From Actinomycetota bacterium (lineage in GTDB: Bacteria; Actinomycetota; Acidimicrobiia; Acidimicrobiales; JAJPHD01): DNA of 64,000 nucleotides. Where the stretch lies: assembly GCA_021325455.1 (NCBI GenBank), contig JAJPHD010000018.1, forward strand, positions 103,838 through 167,837, in the 5' to 3' direction. The notes beneath the pieces were generated by a model, which did no database searches, was not told the origin of the DNA, and saw nothing but the letters and a program-made list of their open reading frames with translations. Positions 1 through 13,311 of this stretch are shown here, one piece after another (position 1 is the stretch's first letter; each line of letters opens with the position of its first letter). The translations under genes and the position numbers were made by a program.

Positions 1-491
1 TGCCCCGGCCGCCGGCCGAGGTGAAGCTGGACCTCCCCGTGGCAGCCAACCTGCCGGCGGGCTACATCGGCCGTGAGGACCTCCGCCTGGAGGCGTACCG
101 GCGCCTGGCCACCGTGGCCTCGGCGGCCGAGGTGGACGACATCGCCGCCGAGTGGGCGGACCGCTACGGGCCCCCCCCGCCGCCGGCGGGGGCCCTGCTG
201 GAGGTGGCCCGCCTGCGGGCGGCCTGTGCCCAGGCCGGTGTGCGGGAGGTCACGGTGGTGGGTGGTGGGCCTGGCAGGAGGGGCGGGGTGGCGACGGCCC
301 GCATGGCCCCCCTCCGGCTGCGCCGTAGCGCCCAGGTCCGCCTGCGCCGGCTGCACCCGAGGGCCGTCTACAAGGAGGACCAGTCCCAGGTGGTGGTGCC
401 CCTGCCTGCCGGGGCCGACCCCGTGCGGGCTCTGGTTGAGCTACTGGGCGAGCTGGTCCCCCCGGAGGCCTCGGACCAGGCGGCAGGGTGA
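1..491 (+). CDS. mfd: Transcription-repair coupling factor Mfd, C-terminal fragment (5' end outside window)
   Basis: The frame of ORF 21..491 is open to the window edge. The sequence LEAYRRLA..AEWADRYGPPP..LLEVARLRAACAQAGV resembles the TRCF C-terminal domain. The mfd-mazG neighbourhood is conserved in Gram-positives. Confidence 0.8.
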   Translation, partial: PRPPAEVKLDLPVAANLPAGYIGREDLRLEAYRRLATVASAAEVDDIAAEWADRYGPPPPPAGALLEVARLRAACAQAGVREVTVVGGGPGRRGGVATARMAPLRLRRSAQVRLRRLHPRAVYKEDQSQVVVPLPAGADPVRALVELLGELVPPEASDQAAG

Positions 492-576
492 GCGCCGTGG
501 CCCTTCCTCGCCCGGCCCGGGAGCCGGTGGCGCCGCTCTTCCGGGCAGGCGGCCCCGCCGGTAGGCTGCCTCGACC

Positions 577-1668
577 GTGACTAGCGACAAGCGGCGCCCC
601 GGCCTCCTGCGGCGGTGCCGGCCGCGGCGGCTGCTGGGGGGAGTGGCCCTGGCCGTCGCCGTGGCCCTCGGCACCTCTGCCTGCCACCTCTCGCCCTATG
701 CGGCCATAGTCAACGGCCAGGTGATCAGCCAGCAGCAGCTCGACTCCGAGCTCCTCGCCATCCAGCACAACCGCTCCTATGCCCAGCGGTTGCAGAGCCA
801 GGGCCTGCCGGTGGAGGGCCAGGGGCAGAACAGCTTCGACATCCGCTTCGCCGACGCCGTCCTCAACCAGGACATCCTCTTCAGCCTGATCCAGCAGGCG
901 GTGCGCCACCGCCACCTGTCGATCACCCCCTCCGACCTGCGCTCGGCACGCGCCGACCTCATCTCCACCTACGGAGGGGCGGCCCTGTTCGACGCCTTCC
1001 CCTCGTCCTACCGTGACCAGTTGATCCGCTACTCGGCGGACGTCACCGCCCTGGAGGCGTCGCTGGGCAAGGTCAGCGTGAGCTCGGGGTCCCTGCACCG
1101 CTACTACCGCAGCCACCGGTCGCAGTTCCGCACCGTGTGCGTCTCGGTGGTCCTGGTCCCCACCATGGTGAGGGCGCAACAGGCCGAGAGGGCCCTGCGC
1201 CACGGCATCAGCTTCTCGAAGGTGTCCCGCAACTACTCCGTGGACCCCTACCTGAGGGCCAACGACGGCGCCATCGGCTGCGCCCTTCCCCAGCAGTTCT
1301 CCTCCCGGTTGGGGGGCAGGCTCGGCCATGCCCTGGCCAGCCTCCGCCCCGGGCAGGTGACGGCGCCCGTGCACATCCAGGCAGGGTGGGTCGTGGCCAC
1401 GGTGACGAGCAGCAAGCCCCTTCCCTTCGCCCAGGCGGGGCCGGCCATCCGCGGCTCGCTGCTGCAAGGCTCGAGCAACCGGGTGGACGCCTTCCTCGAG
1501 GCCCTCACGAGAAGGGCAACCGTCACCGTTGACCCGAGGTACGGGTCCTTCGTGGCCAAGGGGGCGAGCAGCAGCGTCCAGCCCCCCAGCCTCCCCCCCA
1601 CCAAGGACCTGGCCCTGCCCAACGGGATCACGCCCAACGGCAACGCCACGTCGGCCGCCGGCGGGTGA
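577..1668 (+). CDS. SurA-N/parvulin-type peptidyl-prolyl isomerase, probable lipoprotein
   Basis: GTG start at 577. The N-terminus is basic, followed by a hydrophobic helix ending LGTSAC (lipobox-like). A helical SurA-N-like region precedes a PpiC/parvulin-like segment (SFSKVSRNYSVDP..GAIGC..GQVTAPVHIQAGWVVATV). Confidence 0.65.
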   Translation: MTSDKRRPGLLRRCRPRRLLGGVALAVAVALGTSACHLSPYAAIVNGQVISQQQLDSELLAIQHNRSYAQRLQSQGLPVEGQGQNSFDIRFADAVLNQDILFSLIQQAVRHRHLSITPSDLRSARADLISTYGGAALFDAFPSSYRDQLIRYSADVTALEASLGKVSVSSGSLHRYYRSHRSQFRTVCVSVVLVPTMVRAQQAERALRHGISFSKVSRNYSVDPYLRANDGAIGCALPQQFSSRLGGRLGHALASLRPGQVTAPVHIQAGWVVATVTSSKPLPFAQAGPAIRGSLLQGSSNRVDAFLEALTRRATVTVDPRYGSFVAKGASSSVQPPSLPPTKDLALPNGITPNGNATSAAGG

Positions 1669-1705
1669 CCGTGCCGGCAGGCGGGCCCGCCCCGCCCCTC
1701 TGCCC

Positions 1706-3109
1706 GTGAGCCGGGCCAGGGTGGTCGTGGTCGGCCTGGGGCCGGCCGGGCCCGATCTGGTGAGCCCCGCCGCCCACCAGGCCCTTCGCGGGGCCGGGCA
1801 CCGCTTCGTGCGCACCTGGCACCATCCCGCCTCGGTGGTGGCCGCCGGCGCTGCCAGCTTCGATCACCTCTACGAGAGCGCCGCCTCCCGGGAGGAGGTC
1901 TACGCCGGCATCGCCGAGGCCCTGGTGGAGGCGGCCTCCGAGCATGGCGAGGTCGTCTACGCCGTGCCAGGGTCCCCGTTGGTGCTGGAGCGCAGCGTGG
2001 CGCTGCTGAGGGCCGATGGGCGGGTGGAGGTGGAGGTGGTGCCGGGCCTGTCGTTCCTGGACCTGGCCTGGGACCGCCTCCTCCTGGACCCGGTGGGCGC
2101 CGGGGTCCGCCTGGTCGACGGCGAGGACTTCGCCGTGCAGGCGGCCGGGGAGCGGGGGCCGTTGCTGGTGGCCCACTGCTGGAGCCGTCACGTGCTGTCG
2201 GCCATGAAGCTGTCCGTGGAGGAGGAGCCGGCTGCCCCGGTGACGGTCCTGGCCCGTCTGGGCTGCCCGGACGAGAGGGTCTTCGAGGTCCCCTGGGCGG
2301 AGCTGGACCGGGAGGTGGCGCCCGACCACCTGACGACGGTGTTCGTCCCCGAGCTGGCCCCCCCGGTAGCCGGTGAGCTGGTGGGCCTGGCCGAGCTGGT
2401 GCGGGCCCTGCGCCAGCGCTGCCCCTGGGACCGGGAGCAGACCCACGCCTCGCTCACCCGCCACCTGGTGGAGGAGGCCTACGAGGTGGTGGAGGCCATC
2501 GAGTCACTGCCCTCCGGCCCAGAGGGCTACGCCGCCCTGGAGGAGGAGCTGGGGGACCTGCTGGTCCAGGTCCTCTTCCACGCCACCCTGGCGGCCGAGG
2601 AGGGCCAGTTCAACCTGGCTGACGTGGCCCGCCGGGTCCACGACAAGCTGGTGGGGCGGCACCCTCACGTGTTCGGCACTGTGGAGGCGCCCAGTGCCGA
2701 GCGGGTGATGGCCAACTGGGAGCGCATCAAGCAGGCCGAGAAGGGGCGGTCCAGCGTCATGGACGGCATCCCCGCCGCCCTGCCCGCCCTGGCGATGGCG
2801 GCCAAGGTGGCGGGCAAGGCCCGTCACACCGGGGTGGACCGGAGGGAGCCGGCCCAGGTGCTCGGTGCCCTCCAGCAAGCGGTGGAGGGGCTGCTCGAGA
2901 GCCCCGGCGAGGACCAGGTGGGCGTCGCCCTCCTGGCCCTGGCCGAGGTGGCCCAGCGCCTGGGTGCCGACCCGGAGGCGGCCCTGCGCCGGGCCGTGGC
3001 CGGCTACCGGCGCCGGTTCGCCTCCCTGGAGCAGCTGGCCGGGGCCAGAGGTGTCGACCTGGGCCGCCTCGGGGATGCCGAGGTGGCCGCCTTGTGGCGG
3101 GGGGACTAG
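1706..3109 (+). CDS. mazG: Nucleoside triphosphate pyrophosphohydrolase MazG fused to an N-terminal tetrapyrrole-methylase-like domain (YabN-type)
   Basis: ORF 1529..3109 was trimmed to GTG 1706, where protein-like sequence begins (RVVVVGLGPAGPDLV). MazG motifs are present: CPWDREQTH, HLVEEAYEVVEAI, GDLLVQVLFHA, RHPHVFG, WERIKQ. Confidence 0.85.
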   Translation: MSRARVVVVGLGPAGPDLVSPAAHQALRGAGHRFVRTWHHPASVVAAGAASFDHLYESAASREEVYAGIAEALVEAASEHGEVVYAVPGSPLVLERSVALLRADGRVEVEVVPGLSFLDLAWDRLLLDPVGAGVRLVDGEDFAVQAAGERGPLLVAHCWSRHVLSAMKLSVEEEPAAPVTVLARLGCPDERVFEVPWAELDREVAPDHLTTVFVPELAPPVAGELVGLAELVRALRQRCPWDREQTHASLTRHLVEEAYEVVEAIESLPSGPEGYAALEEELGDLLVQVLFHATLAAEEGQFNLADVARRVHDKLVGRHPHVFGTVEAPSAERVMANWERIKQAEKGRSSVMDGIPAALPALAMAAKVAGKARHTGVDRREPAQVLGALQQAVEGLLESPGEDQVGVALLALAEVAQRLGADPEAALRRAVAGYRRRFASLEQLAGARGVDLGRLGDAEVAALWRGD

Positions 3110-3180
3110 GCACCGGGGCCCCGGGCCAGGGCGGTGGCGGCCACTACGGGGCCATTCCGCCCGGCTCCTACTGTTGGCCC

Positions 3181-4083
3181 ATGCGCTTCAGCCTTTGGCC
3201 CCACGCCAGCCAACCCTGGGCCGAGATCGTCGACCTGGCCCGCCACGCCGAGCGACAGGGGTGGGACGGGGTCTGGGTGGCTGACCACTTCATGCCCAAC
3301 AACGAGGACAACTCGGGCCCGTATAACGAGTGCTGGTCAGTGCTGGCCGGCCTGGCGGCCAGCGTCCCCCGGTTGAGGATCGGGTCCCTCGTGAGCGGCA
3401 ACACCTACCGCTACCCAGCCGTCCTGGCCAAGATGGCTGCCACCGTCGACCACATAAGCGGGGGCAGGCTGGTCCTCGGGCTGGGGGCCGGCTGGCAGGA
3501 GGCGGAGCACCGGGCCTACGGGATCCCCTTCCCCTCGGTGGGGGAGAGGCTGGCCCGGCTGGAGGAGGCCTGCCAGGTGCTGCGCTCCCTGCTGGACGAG
3601 GATCGCTCCGACTTCGACGGCCGCTACTACCAGCTCCGCCACGCTCCCCTCGAGCCCAAGCCCGTTCAGGCCAGGCTCCCCCTCCTCATCGGCGGAGGGG
3701 GCGAGAAGGTGACCATGCGGATCGCCGCCCGCTATGCCGACGAGTGGAACGTGTGGGGGACGCCTGAGACGCTGGGCCACAAGGTGTCCGTTCTCGACAG
3801 CCACTGCGCTGAGGTGGGACGGGACCCTGGCCGGGTCCGCCGTCTGGCCCAGGCCGTGGTCCACATGGGGGACGACCCGGCCCAGCTGGCCGCCGCCCGC
3901 CAGGAGCCCCAGCCCTTCCCGACCATCGTCGGCACCCCGGAGGAGGTGAGGGAGCAGATGGCCGGGTACGCCGCCGTCGGGGTAGACGAGTTCATCCTGC
4001 CTGACTGGAACCTGGGGCCCCCGGCCGAGAAGCGCCGGGCCCTGGAACGCTTCTGGGAAGAGGTCGCAGAGCCCCTACATTGA
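3181..4083 (+). CDS. LLM-class (luciferase-like) F420-dependent oxidoreductase
   Basis: ATG at 3181 (MRFSLWP). The sequence GWDGVWVADHF..RIGSLVSGNTYRYPAVLAKMAATVDHISGGRLVLGLGAGW is typical of luciferase-like monooxygenase family proteins. Confidence 0.75.
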   Translation: MRFSLWPHASQPWAEIVDLARHAERQGWDGVWVADHFMPNNEDNSGPYNECWSVLAGLAASVPRLRIGSLVSGNTYRYPAVLAKMAATVDHISGGRLVLGLGAGWQEAEHRAYGIPFPSVGERLARLEEACQVLRSLLDEDRSDFDGRYYQLRHAPLEPKPVQARLPLLIGGGGEKVTMRIAARYADEWNVWGTPETLGHKVSVLDSHCAEVGRDPGRVRRLAQAVVHMGDDPAQLAAARQEPQPFPTIVGTPEEVREQMAGYAAVGVDEFILPDWNLGPPAEKRRALERFWEEVAEPLH

Positions 4084-4188
4084 TACCGCCGGTGGAACCG
4101 GGCCGCGGCGTGGCCGCACCGGGAGCAGGGTGAGCGCCTCCAGCTCCTTGGTGGTCCCACCCCTGGAAGGAAAGGACAAGGAGACCGC

Positions 4189-5625
<1,437 letters not shown>

Positions 5626-5653
5626 GGGCCGAAACGCCCTTCTGCCCCAGCAG

Positions 5654-5677
5654 CCCCCCGTGGTCGCTCACGGGGGG
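5654..5677. terminator. GC-rich hairpin between convergent ahcY and the L,D-transpeptidase gene
   Basis: CCCCCCGTG (5654-5662) pairs perfectly with CACGGGGGG (5669-5677) around a 6-nt loop. It lies in the 61-nt convergent intergenic gap. There is no clear U-tract. Confidence 0.5.
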
Positions 5678-5686
5678 CCTCAGGGC

Positions 5687-9077
<3,391 letters not shown>

Positions 9078-9183
9078 GGGCCCGTTCCTTGCCCGGGCCC
9101 TGCTGGGCCGGGAGGGACAGGAACGACAGAGTGTCCACCCGGTGGTGCGGGGCACGGGGTAACATGCGCGGCGTCGGCAGGTA

Positions 9184-11232
9184 ATGGCTGACGTCGGATC
9201 AAGGTCAAGGGGGTCCATCCCAATGACGACCACCACGCCGGGACAGCAGGAGGTCCTCCCCGCCGGGCGCCTCGAGGAGGCCGACAAGGGCCTGCGCAAG
9301 GCCATGGGCTTCAACTCGATCCTGTTCATGTCCATCGGAGCCATCATCGGTTCCGGGTGGCTCTTCGGCTCCCTCAACGCGGCGGCAGTCGCCGGGCCGG
9401 CCGAGGCGATCTCCTGGGCTGTAGGCGCCATCTTCATCATCTTCATCGCCATGTCCTACGCCGAGCTCTCGGGGATGCTGCCCCGGACGGGGGCCATCGT
9501 GCGCTACCCGGTGCTCTCCCATGGGTCCTACACGGGCTGGGTCATCGGCTGGACCTACTGGCTCTCGGCCATCTCGGTGCCCGCCATCGAGGCCGAGGCA
9601 GTGGTCACCTACGTGGGCACCCAGTTCCCGAGCACCGGGTTCGAGAAGACCTCGGCGGGCGTGACGGTCCTCACCGGCAACGGGATCGGCTTCGCCATAG
9701 GCCTCATGGTCCTCTTCTTCTGGCTCAACTTCTTCGGCATCAGGATGCTGGGGGAGTGGAACCGGTGGTTCACCTGGTGGAAGCTGCTGATCCCGACCGC
9801 CACGTTCTGCATGCTGTTCGTGGCCTTCAACGGTGCCAACCTCACCAGCCTCAAGGGCGGCTTCTTCGCCACCGGCAGCGACAACGTCTTCATTGCCATG
9901 TCCACGACGGGCGTCATCTTCGCCTATCTGGGTTTCCGCCAGGCCCTGGACTACGCCGGGGAGAGCCGCAACCCCCAGCGGGACGTGCCCCTCGCCACGG
10001 TCAGCTCTGTCGTCATTGCCATGGTGATCTACGTGGCGCTCGCCATCGGCTTCGTGGGCGCTATCCACTGGGCCGGAGCGGGCCTGCACCCCGGTGACTG
10101 GGCCGGCCTGCCTGGGAGCAAGTGGGGCGGCAGCCCCCTCTACTCGGCCGTGCGCGCATCGGGGATCTCGGCGCTGCTGGCCTTCTCCCCCCTGCTCCTC
10201 ATCGATGCCGGCATCTCCCCGTCGGGGACGGGCTGGATCTACCTGGGGACGTCCCAGCGTACGAACTACGGGCTGGGCGTCTACGGCTACGGTCCCAAGG
10301 CCCTCCAGTGGCACAACCGTTGGGGGGTCCCCTGGGTCTCGCTGATCGTCGCCTTCGTCATCGGCTGCGTCTTCTTCATCCCCGCCCCCAGCTGGTACAA
10401 GCTGGTCGGCTTCATCACGTCCACCACGGCCCTCACCTACATCATGGGGGGCCTCGGCGTGCCCGTCTTCCGCAAGTACGCCCCCAACCTGCGGCGGCCC
10501 TACCGGCTCACCTTGGCCTGGTTCTTCGCCCCGGTGGGCTTCCTGGCCGCCGCCATGCTGGTGTTCTGGTCGACCTTCTCCACCCTGGCCAGCGTGTACG
10601 CCACGGTGTTCATCGGGCTGCCCATCTTCGCCTGGTACTTCGTGCAGAAGAAGGGCTGGGTGAGCGGGGCCAACCGTGCTCTTGCCCACCTTCTCGGTGC
10701 CGTGTTCCTCGTGGCCTGGGTGTTCATCAACTACGAGGGGGGCTGGGTGCTGCGGGTCTCACCCCCGGCCAAGGGGGCCTGGAGCTTCGGGCTCTACGAC
10801 ATCACCCTGTCGGCCTGCGTGGTGTTCTTCTGCGTGGCCATCTGGGGCCTCTGCAACGCCGAGGGGCGCATGCACATCTCCAGGACGGCATGGCTCTTCT
10901 GGCTGCTGCTCGCCATGTTCCCCCTCGAGTACTACACGGGCGCGGTGGGGCCGCTGACCAAGGCCCCCTTCGCCTTCCAGTGGGGGACCCTCATCGCCGT
11001 GGGTGTCGCCCTGGTGGCCTACTTCTGGGGTGTGGCCAGCGGCTTCAACACCGAGGAGCTCCAGGACATAGTGAACAACGCCGGCAGTGGCCAGGCTCGG
11101 CCCGTGCCCGCCGGAGAGCCCGGCACGGCGGGAGTGCATGCCAGCGGGGGCCAGGTGAGGCCGGCCGTCCCGGGCACCTCCACCATGTCCGACTCGCCGC
11201 CTCCTGGCAGCGCAGGGCCGGCGCCCTCGTAG
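9184..11232 (+). CDS. APC-superfamily amino acid/polyamine permease with extended C-terminus
   Basis: Polytopic membrane protein with an APC-type N-terminal signature (LRKAMGFNSILFMSIGAIIGSGWLFG). ATG 9184 or ATG 9223 are both possible starts. Confidence 0.8.
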   Translation: MADVGSRSRGSIPMTTTTPGQQEVLPAGRLEEADKGLRKAMGFNSILFMSIGAIIGSGWLFGSLNAAAVAGPAEAISWAVGAIFIIFIAMSYAELSGMLPRTGAIVRYPVLSHGSYTGWVIGWTYWLSAISVPAIEAEAVVTYVGTQFPSTGFEKTSAGVTVLTGNGIGFAIGLMVLFFWLNFFGIRMLGEWNRWFTWWKLLIPTATFCMLFVAFNGANLTSLKGGFFATGSDNVFIAMSTTGVIFAYLGFRQALDYAGESRNPQRDVPLATVSSVVIAMVIYVALAIGFVGAIHWAGAGLHPGDWAGLPGSKWGGSPLYSAVRASGISALLAFSPLLLIDAGISPSGTGWIYLGTSQRTNYGLGVYGYGPKALQWHNRWGVPWVSLIVAFVIGCVFFIPAPSWYKLVGFITSTTALTYIMGGLGVPVFRKYAPNLRRPYRLTLAWFFAPVGFLAAAMLVFWSTFSTLASVYATVFIGLPIFAWYFVQKKGWVSGANRALAHLLGAVFLVAWVFINYEGGWVLRVSPPAKGAWSFGLYDITLSACVVFFCVAIWGLCNAEGRMHISRTAWLFWLLLAMFPLEYYTGAVGPLTKAPFAFQWGTLIAVGVALVAYFWGVASGFNTEELQDIVNNAGSGQARPVPAGEPGTAGVHASGGQVRPAVPGTSTMSDSPPPGSAGPAPS

Positions 11233-11387
11233 GCTCACTCACCACGGCCGTCGTCAACGGCCATGAGGCCGTGGAGCTCGCCTTGACTGGCGCGCCCCCA
11301 TACTGACAACGTGCGAGCGGGCCGGGGCGCCTCTCAGGGTGTCCCTGCAGGTATGGAGCCCGCATCGCTAGGGGAAGGAAGTCGTAC

Positions 11388-12269
11388 ATGGGAACCCTGG
11401 AGGGACGAGTCGCCATCATCACCGGGGCTGGCCGAGGCATCGGCCGGGAGCACGCCCTCCTCTTCGCCAAGGAGGGGGCCAAGGTCGTTGTGAACGACCG
11501 GGGTGGTGCCCTGGATGGTTCCGGGGACGACCGTAGCCCGGCCCAGCAGGTCGTAGACGAGATCAGGTCCGCAGGGGGGGAGGCGGTGGCCAACACCGAC
11601 GACGTGGCCGACTGGGAGGGGGGCCAGCGCCTGGTCAACATGGCGGTGGAGACCTTCGGGGACCTGCACGTGCTGGTCAACAACGCCGGGATCCTCCGGG
11701 ACCGGGTCATTGTGAACATGACCGAGGAGGAGTGGGACGCCGTCATACACGTTCACCTGAAGGGCCATTTCGTCCCCACCCGCTGGGCCGCCGCCTACTG
11801 GAGAGAGCAGTCCAAGGCGGGCAAGGAGGTGAGGGCGGCCATCATCAACACCTCGTCCACCTCGGGCCTGCTCGGGAACCCGGGTCAGGCCAACTACGGG
11901 GCGGCCAAGGCTGGGATCGGCGCCATGACCATCATCGAGGCCCAGGAGCTGGGCCGGTACGGGGTGAGAGCCAACGCCATCGCTCCCGCCGCCAGGACCC
12001 GCATGACCGAGGCCACCCCCGGGCTCTCCGACGTCGTCCAGCCGCCGGCGGAACCGGGCGCCTTCGACGTCTGGGACCCCGCCAACATCTCCCCCTTGGT
12101 CGCCTACCTCGCCACCGAGTCCTGCCCTGCCAGCGGCAAGGTCTTCTTCATACAAGGTGGCAAGGTCCAGCTCTTCCAGCCCTGGACCCTGACCACGGCC
12201 ATCGAGCGCAACGAGCGCTGGACGGTGGCTGAGCTGGCCGACGAGATGAAGGCCCTGGTGGGGGCCTGA
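11388..12269 (+). CDS. SDR-family oxidoreductase (short-chain dehydrogenase/reductase)
   Basis: Rossmann motif ITGAGRGIGRE, NNAG, and catalytic S..Y-x3-K (NYGAAKAG). ATG 11388 is preceded by GGAAGGAAG. Confidence 0.85.
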   Translation: MGTLEGRVAIITGAGRGIGREHALLFAKEGAKVVVNDRGGALDGSGDDRSPAQQVVDEIRSAGGEAVANTDDVADWEGGQRLVNMAVETFGDLHVLVNNAGILRDRVIVNMTEEEWDAVIHVHLKGHFVPTRWAAAYWREQSKAGKEVRAAIINTSSTSGLLGNPGQANYGAAKAGIGAMTIIEAQELGRYGVRANAIAPAARTRMTEATPGLSDVVQPPAEPGAFDVWDPANISPLVAYLATESCPASGKVFFIQGGKVQLFQPWTLTTAIERNERWTVAELADEMKALVGA

Positions 12270-12326
12270 AGGGCCGGGCTCGGGTGGCTCCCGCCTGCTC
12301 CCCCCTGTGAGCCCGGGCGCGACACA

Positions 12327-12396
12327 GGGTCCGAGGGGGTAGCGGCCCGGCGGTGGCTGGGGAACACCGCCTCAGCGACACCACCCCCTCGGACCC
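12327..12396. other. Nested GC-rich hairpin element in a convergent intergenic region (terminator or structured RNA)
   Basis: A 13-bp perfect outer stem, GGGTCCGAGGGGG (12327-12339) with CCCCCTCGGACCC (12384-12396), encloses an inner 7-bp stem GGCGGTG/CACCGCC. It lies between the stops of the SDR and SCP2 genes. Confidence 0.4.
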
Positions 12397-12476
12397 TGCG
12401 TCCGGCGTAATTGTAACTGCGTATGCGGTCCGGGCTAAGGGCCAATTTTGACGTAGCACGCCCGGTCTAGACCTCG

Positions 12477-12884
12477 CTAGCCCGTGATGTCCTTGATGCG
12501 CCCCGCCAGCTCCAGGGCGCCGGGGTCCGGGTTGGGCCCCAGCAGGCCGAGGAGCCGGGTGACGTCCCCGTCCACCTTGATGCGCCCGGCCATGAAGGCC
12601 TGCATGCCCGCCTGGGGGTTGCCGTCCACGAACACGGCCCGGGCCGTGGCGTAGTCCAGGGTGATGGTGAGATCAGGGTGCTCCAGGTGGCCGAGATCCA
12701 TCTCGACCTCCCCGGAGCTGGAGTCCAGGTGGGCCTCGATCGTCCCGGTCCCGAAGGGGACCTCGGTGATGATCTCGTTCATCCGCACCGGCTGGGAGCC
12801 GGCGGGGAACCTGCCCCGGTACTCCTCGCGTATCCTTCTCGCCTCCGCCACCCACTCATCGCTGAGGAATGGGTACTTGGCCAC
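12477..12884 (-). CDS. SCP2 sterol-binding-domain protein
   Basis: ORF 12477..13010 was trimmed to GTG 12884, which is preceded by AAGGAG. The C-terminal sequence (AQAGMQAFMAGRIKVDGDVTRLLGL) is typical of the SCP-2 fold. Confidence 0.65.
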   Translation of the reverse strand: MAKYPFLSDEWVAEARRIREEYRGRFPAGSQPVRMNEIITEVPFGTGTIEAHLDSSSGEVEMDLGHLEHPDLTITLDYATARAVFVDGNPQAGMQAFMAGRIKVDGDVTRLLGLLGPNPDPGALELAGRIKDITG

Positions 12885-13008
12885 GGTCTGCTCCTTGCCT
12901 GCTCCGTGCCCGGGCTGCCTGCCCCGCCCGGGCTCGCCTGCCAGGCCGCACCCTAGGCTGCTTCGTCGCCGGCGGGTCCGGTCCCCCCTCCGGCCTACCA
13001 TGCCAGGC

Positions 13009-13311
13009 ATGGCCGCCCGGATCTCCCCGGCAGACGTGGCCCACGTGGCCCGGCTGGCACGCCTCGAGCTGGCCCCTGAGGAGGTGGAGCTGTACGCCTC
13101 GCAGCTGGCCCAGGTCCTCGATTATGCCGCCGAGGTGGCCGCCCTGGACACGGAGGGGGTGGCACCGACCGCTCATCCGCTCCCCGTGCGCAACGTCCTG
13201 CGTCCCGACGTGCCGGTGCCCGGGCTGAGCAGGGAGGAGGCCCTGTCCCAGGCGCCCGAGGTCGAGGAGGGGCAGTTCCGGGTGCCGCGCATCCTGGGAG
13301 AAGAGCCGTGA
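13009..13311 (+). CDS. gatC: Asp-tRNA(Asn)/Glu-tRNA(Gln) amidotransferase subunit C
   Basis: The sequence [35 protein letters not shown] matches GatC. Start at ATG 13009 (alternative 13000). The stop overlaps the gatA start as GTGA. Confidence 0.9.
   Translation: MAARISPADVAHVARLARLELAPEEVELYASQLAQVLDYAAEVAALDTEGVAPTAHPLPVRNVLRPDVPVPGLSREEALSQAPEVEEGQFRVPRILGEEP

Noticed and set aside
4084-4188. Possible SAH riboswitch upstream of ahcY
   Set aside because: The SAH-riboswitch-like word GGCGCTCAC is present only as its reverse complement (GGTGAGCGCC on the + strand). That is the wrong orientation for ahcY. The other conserved segments (GAGGAGCGC, CAGGA..GCCA) are absent.
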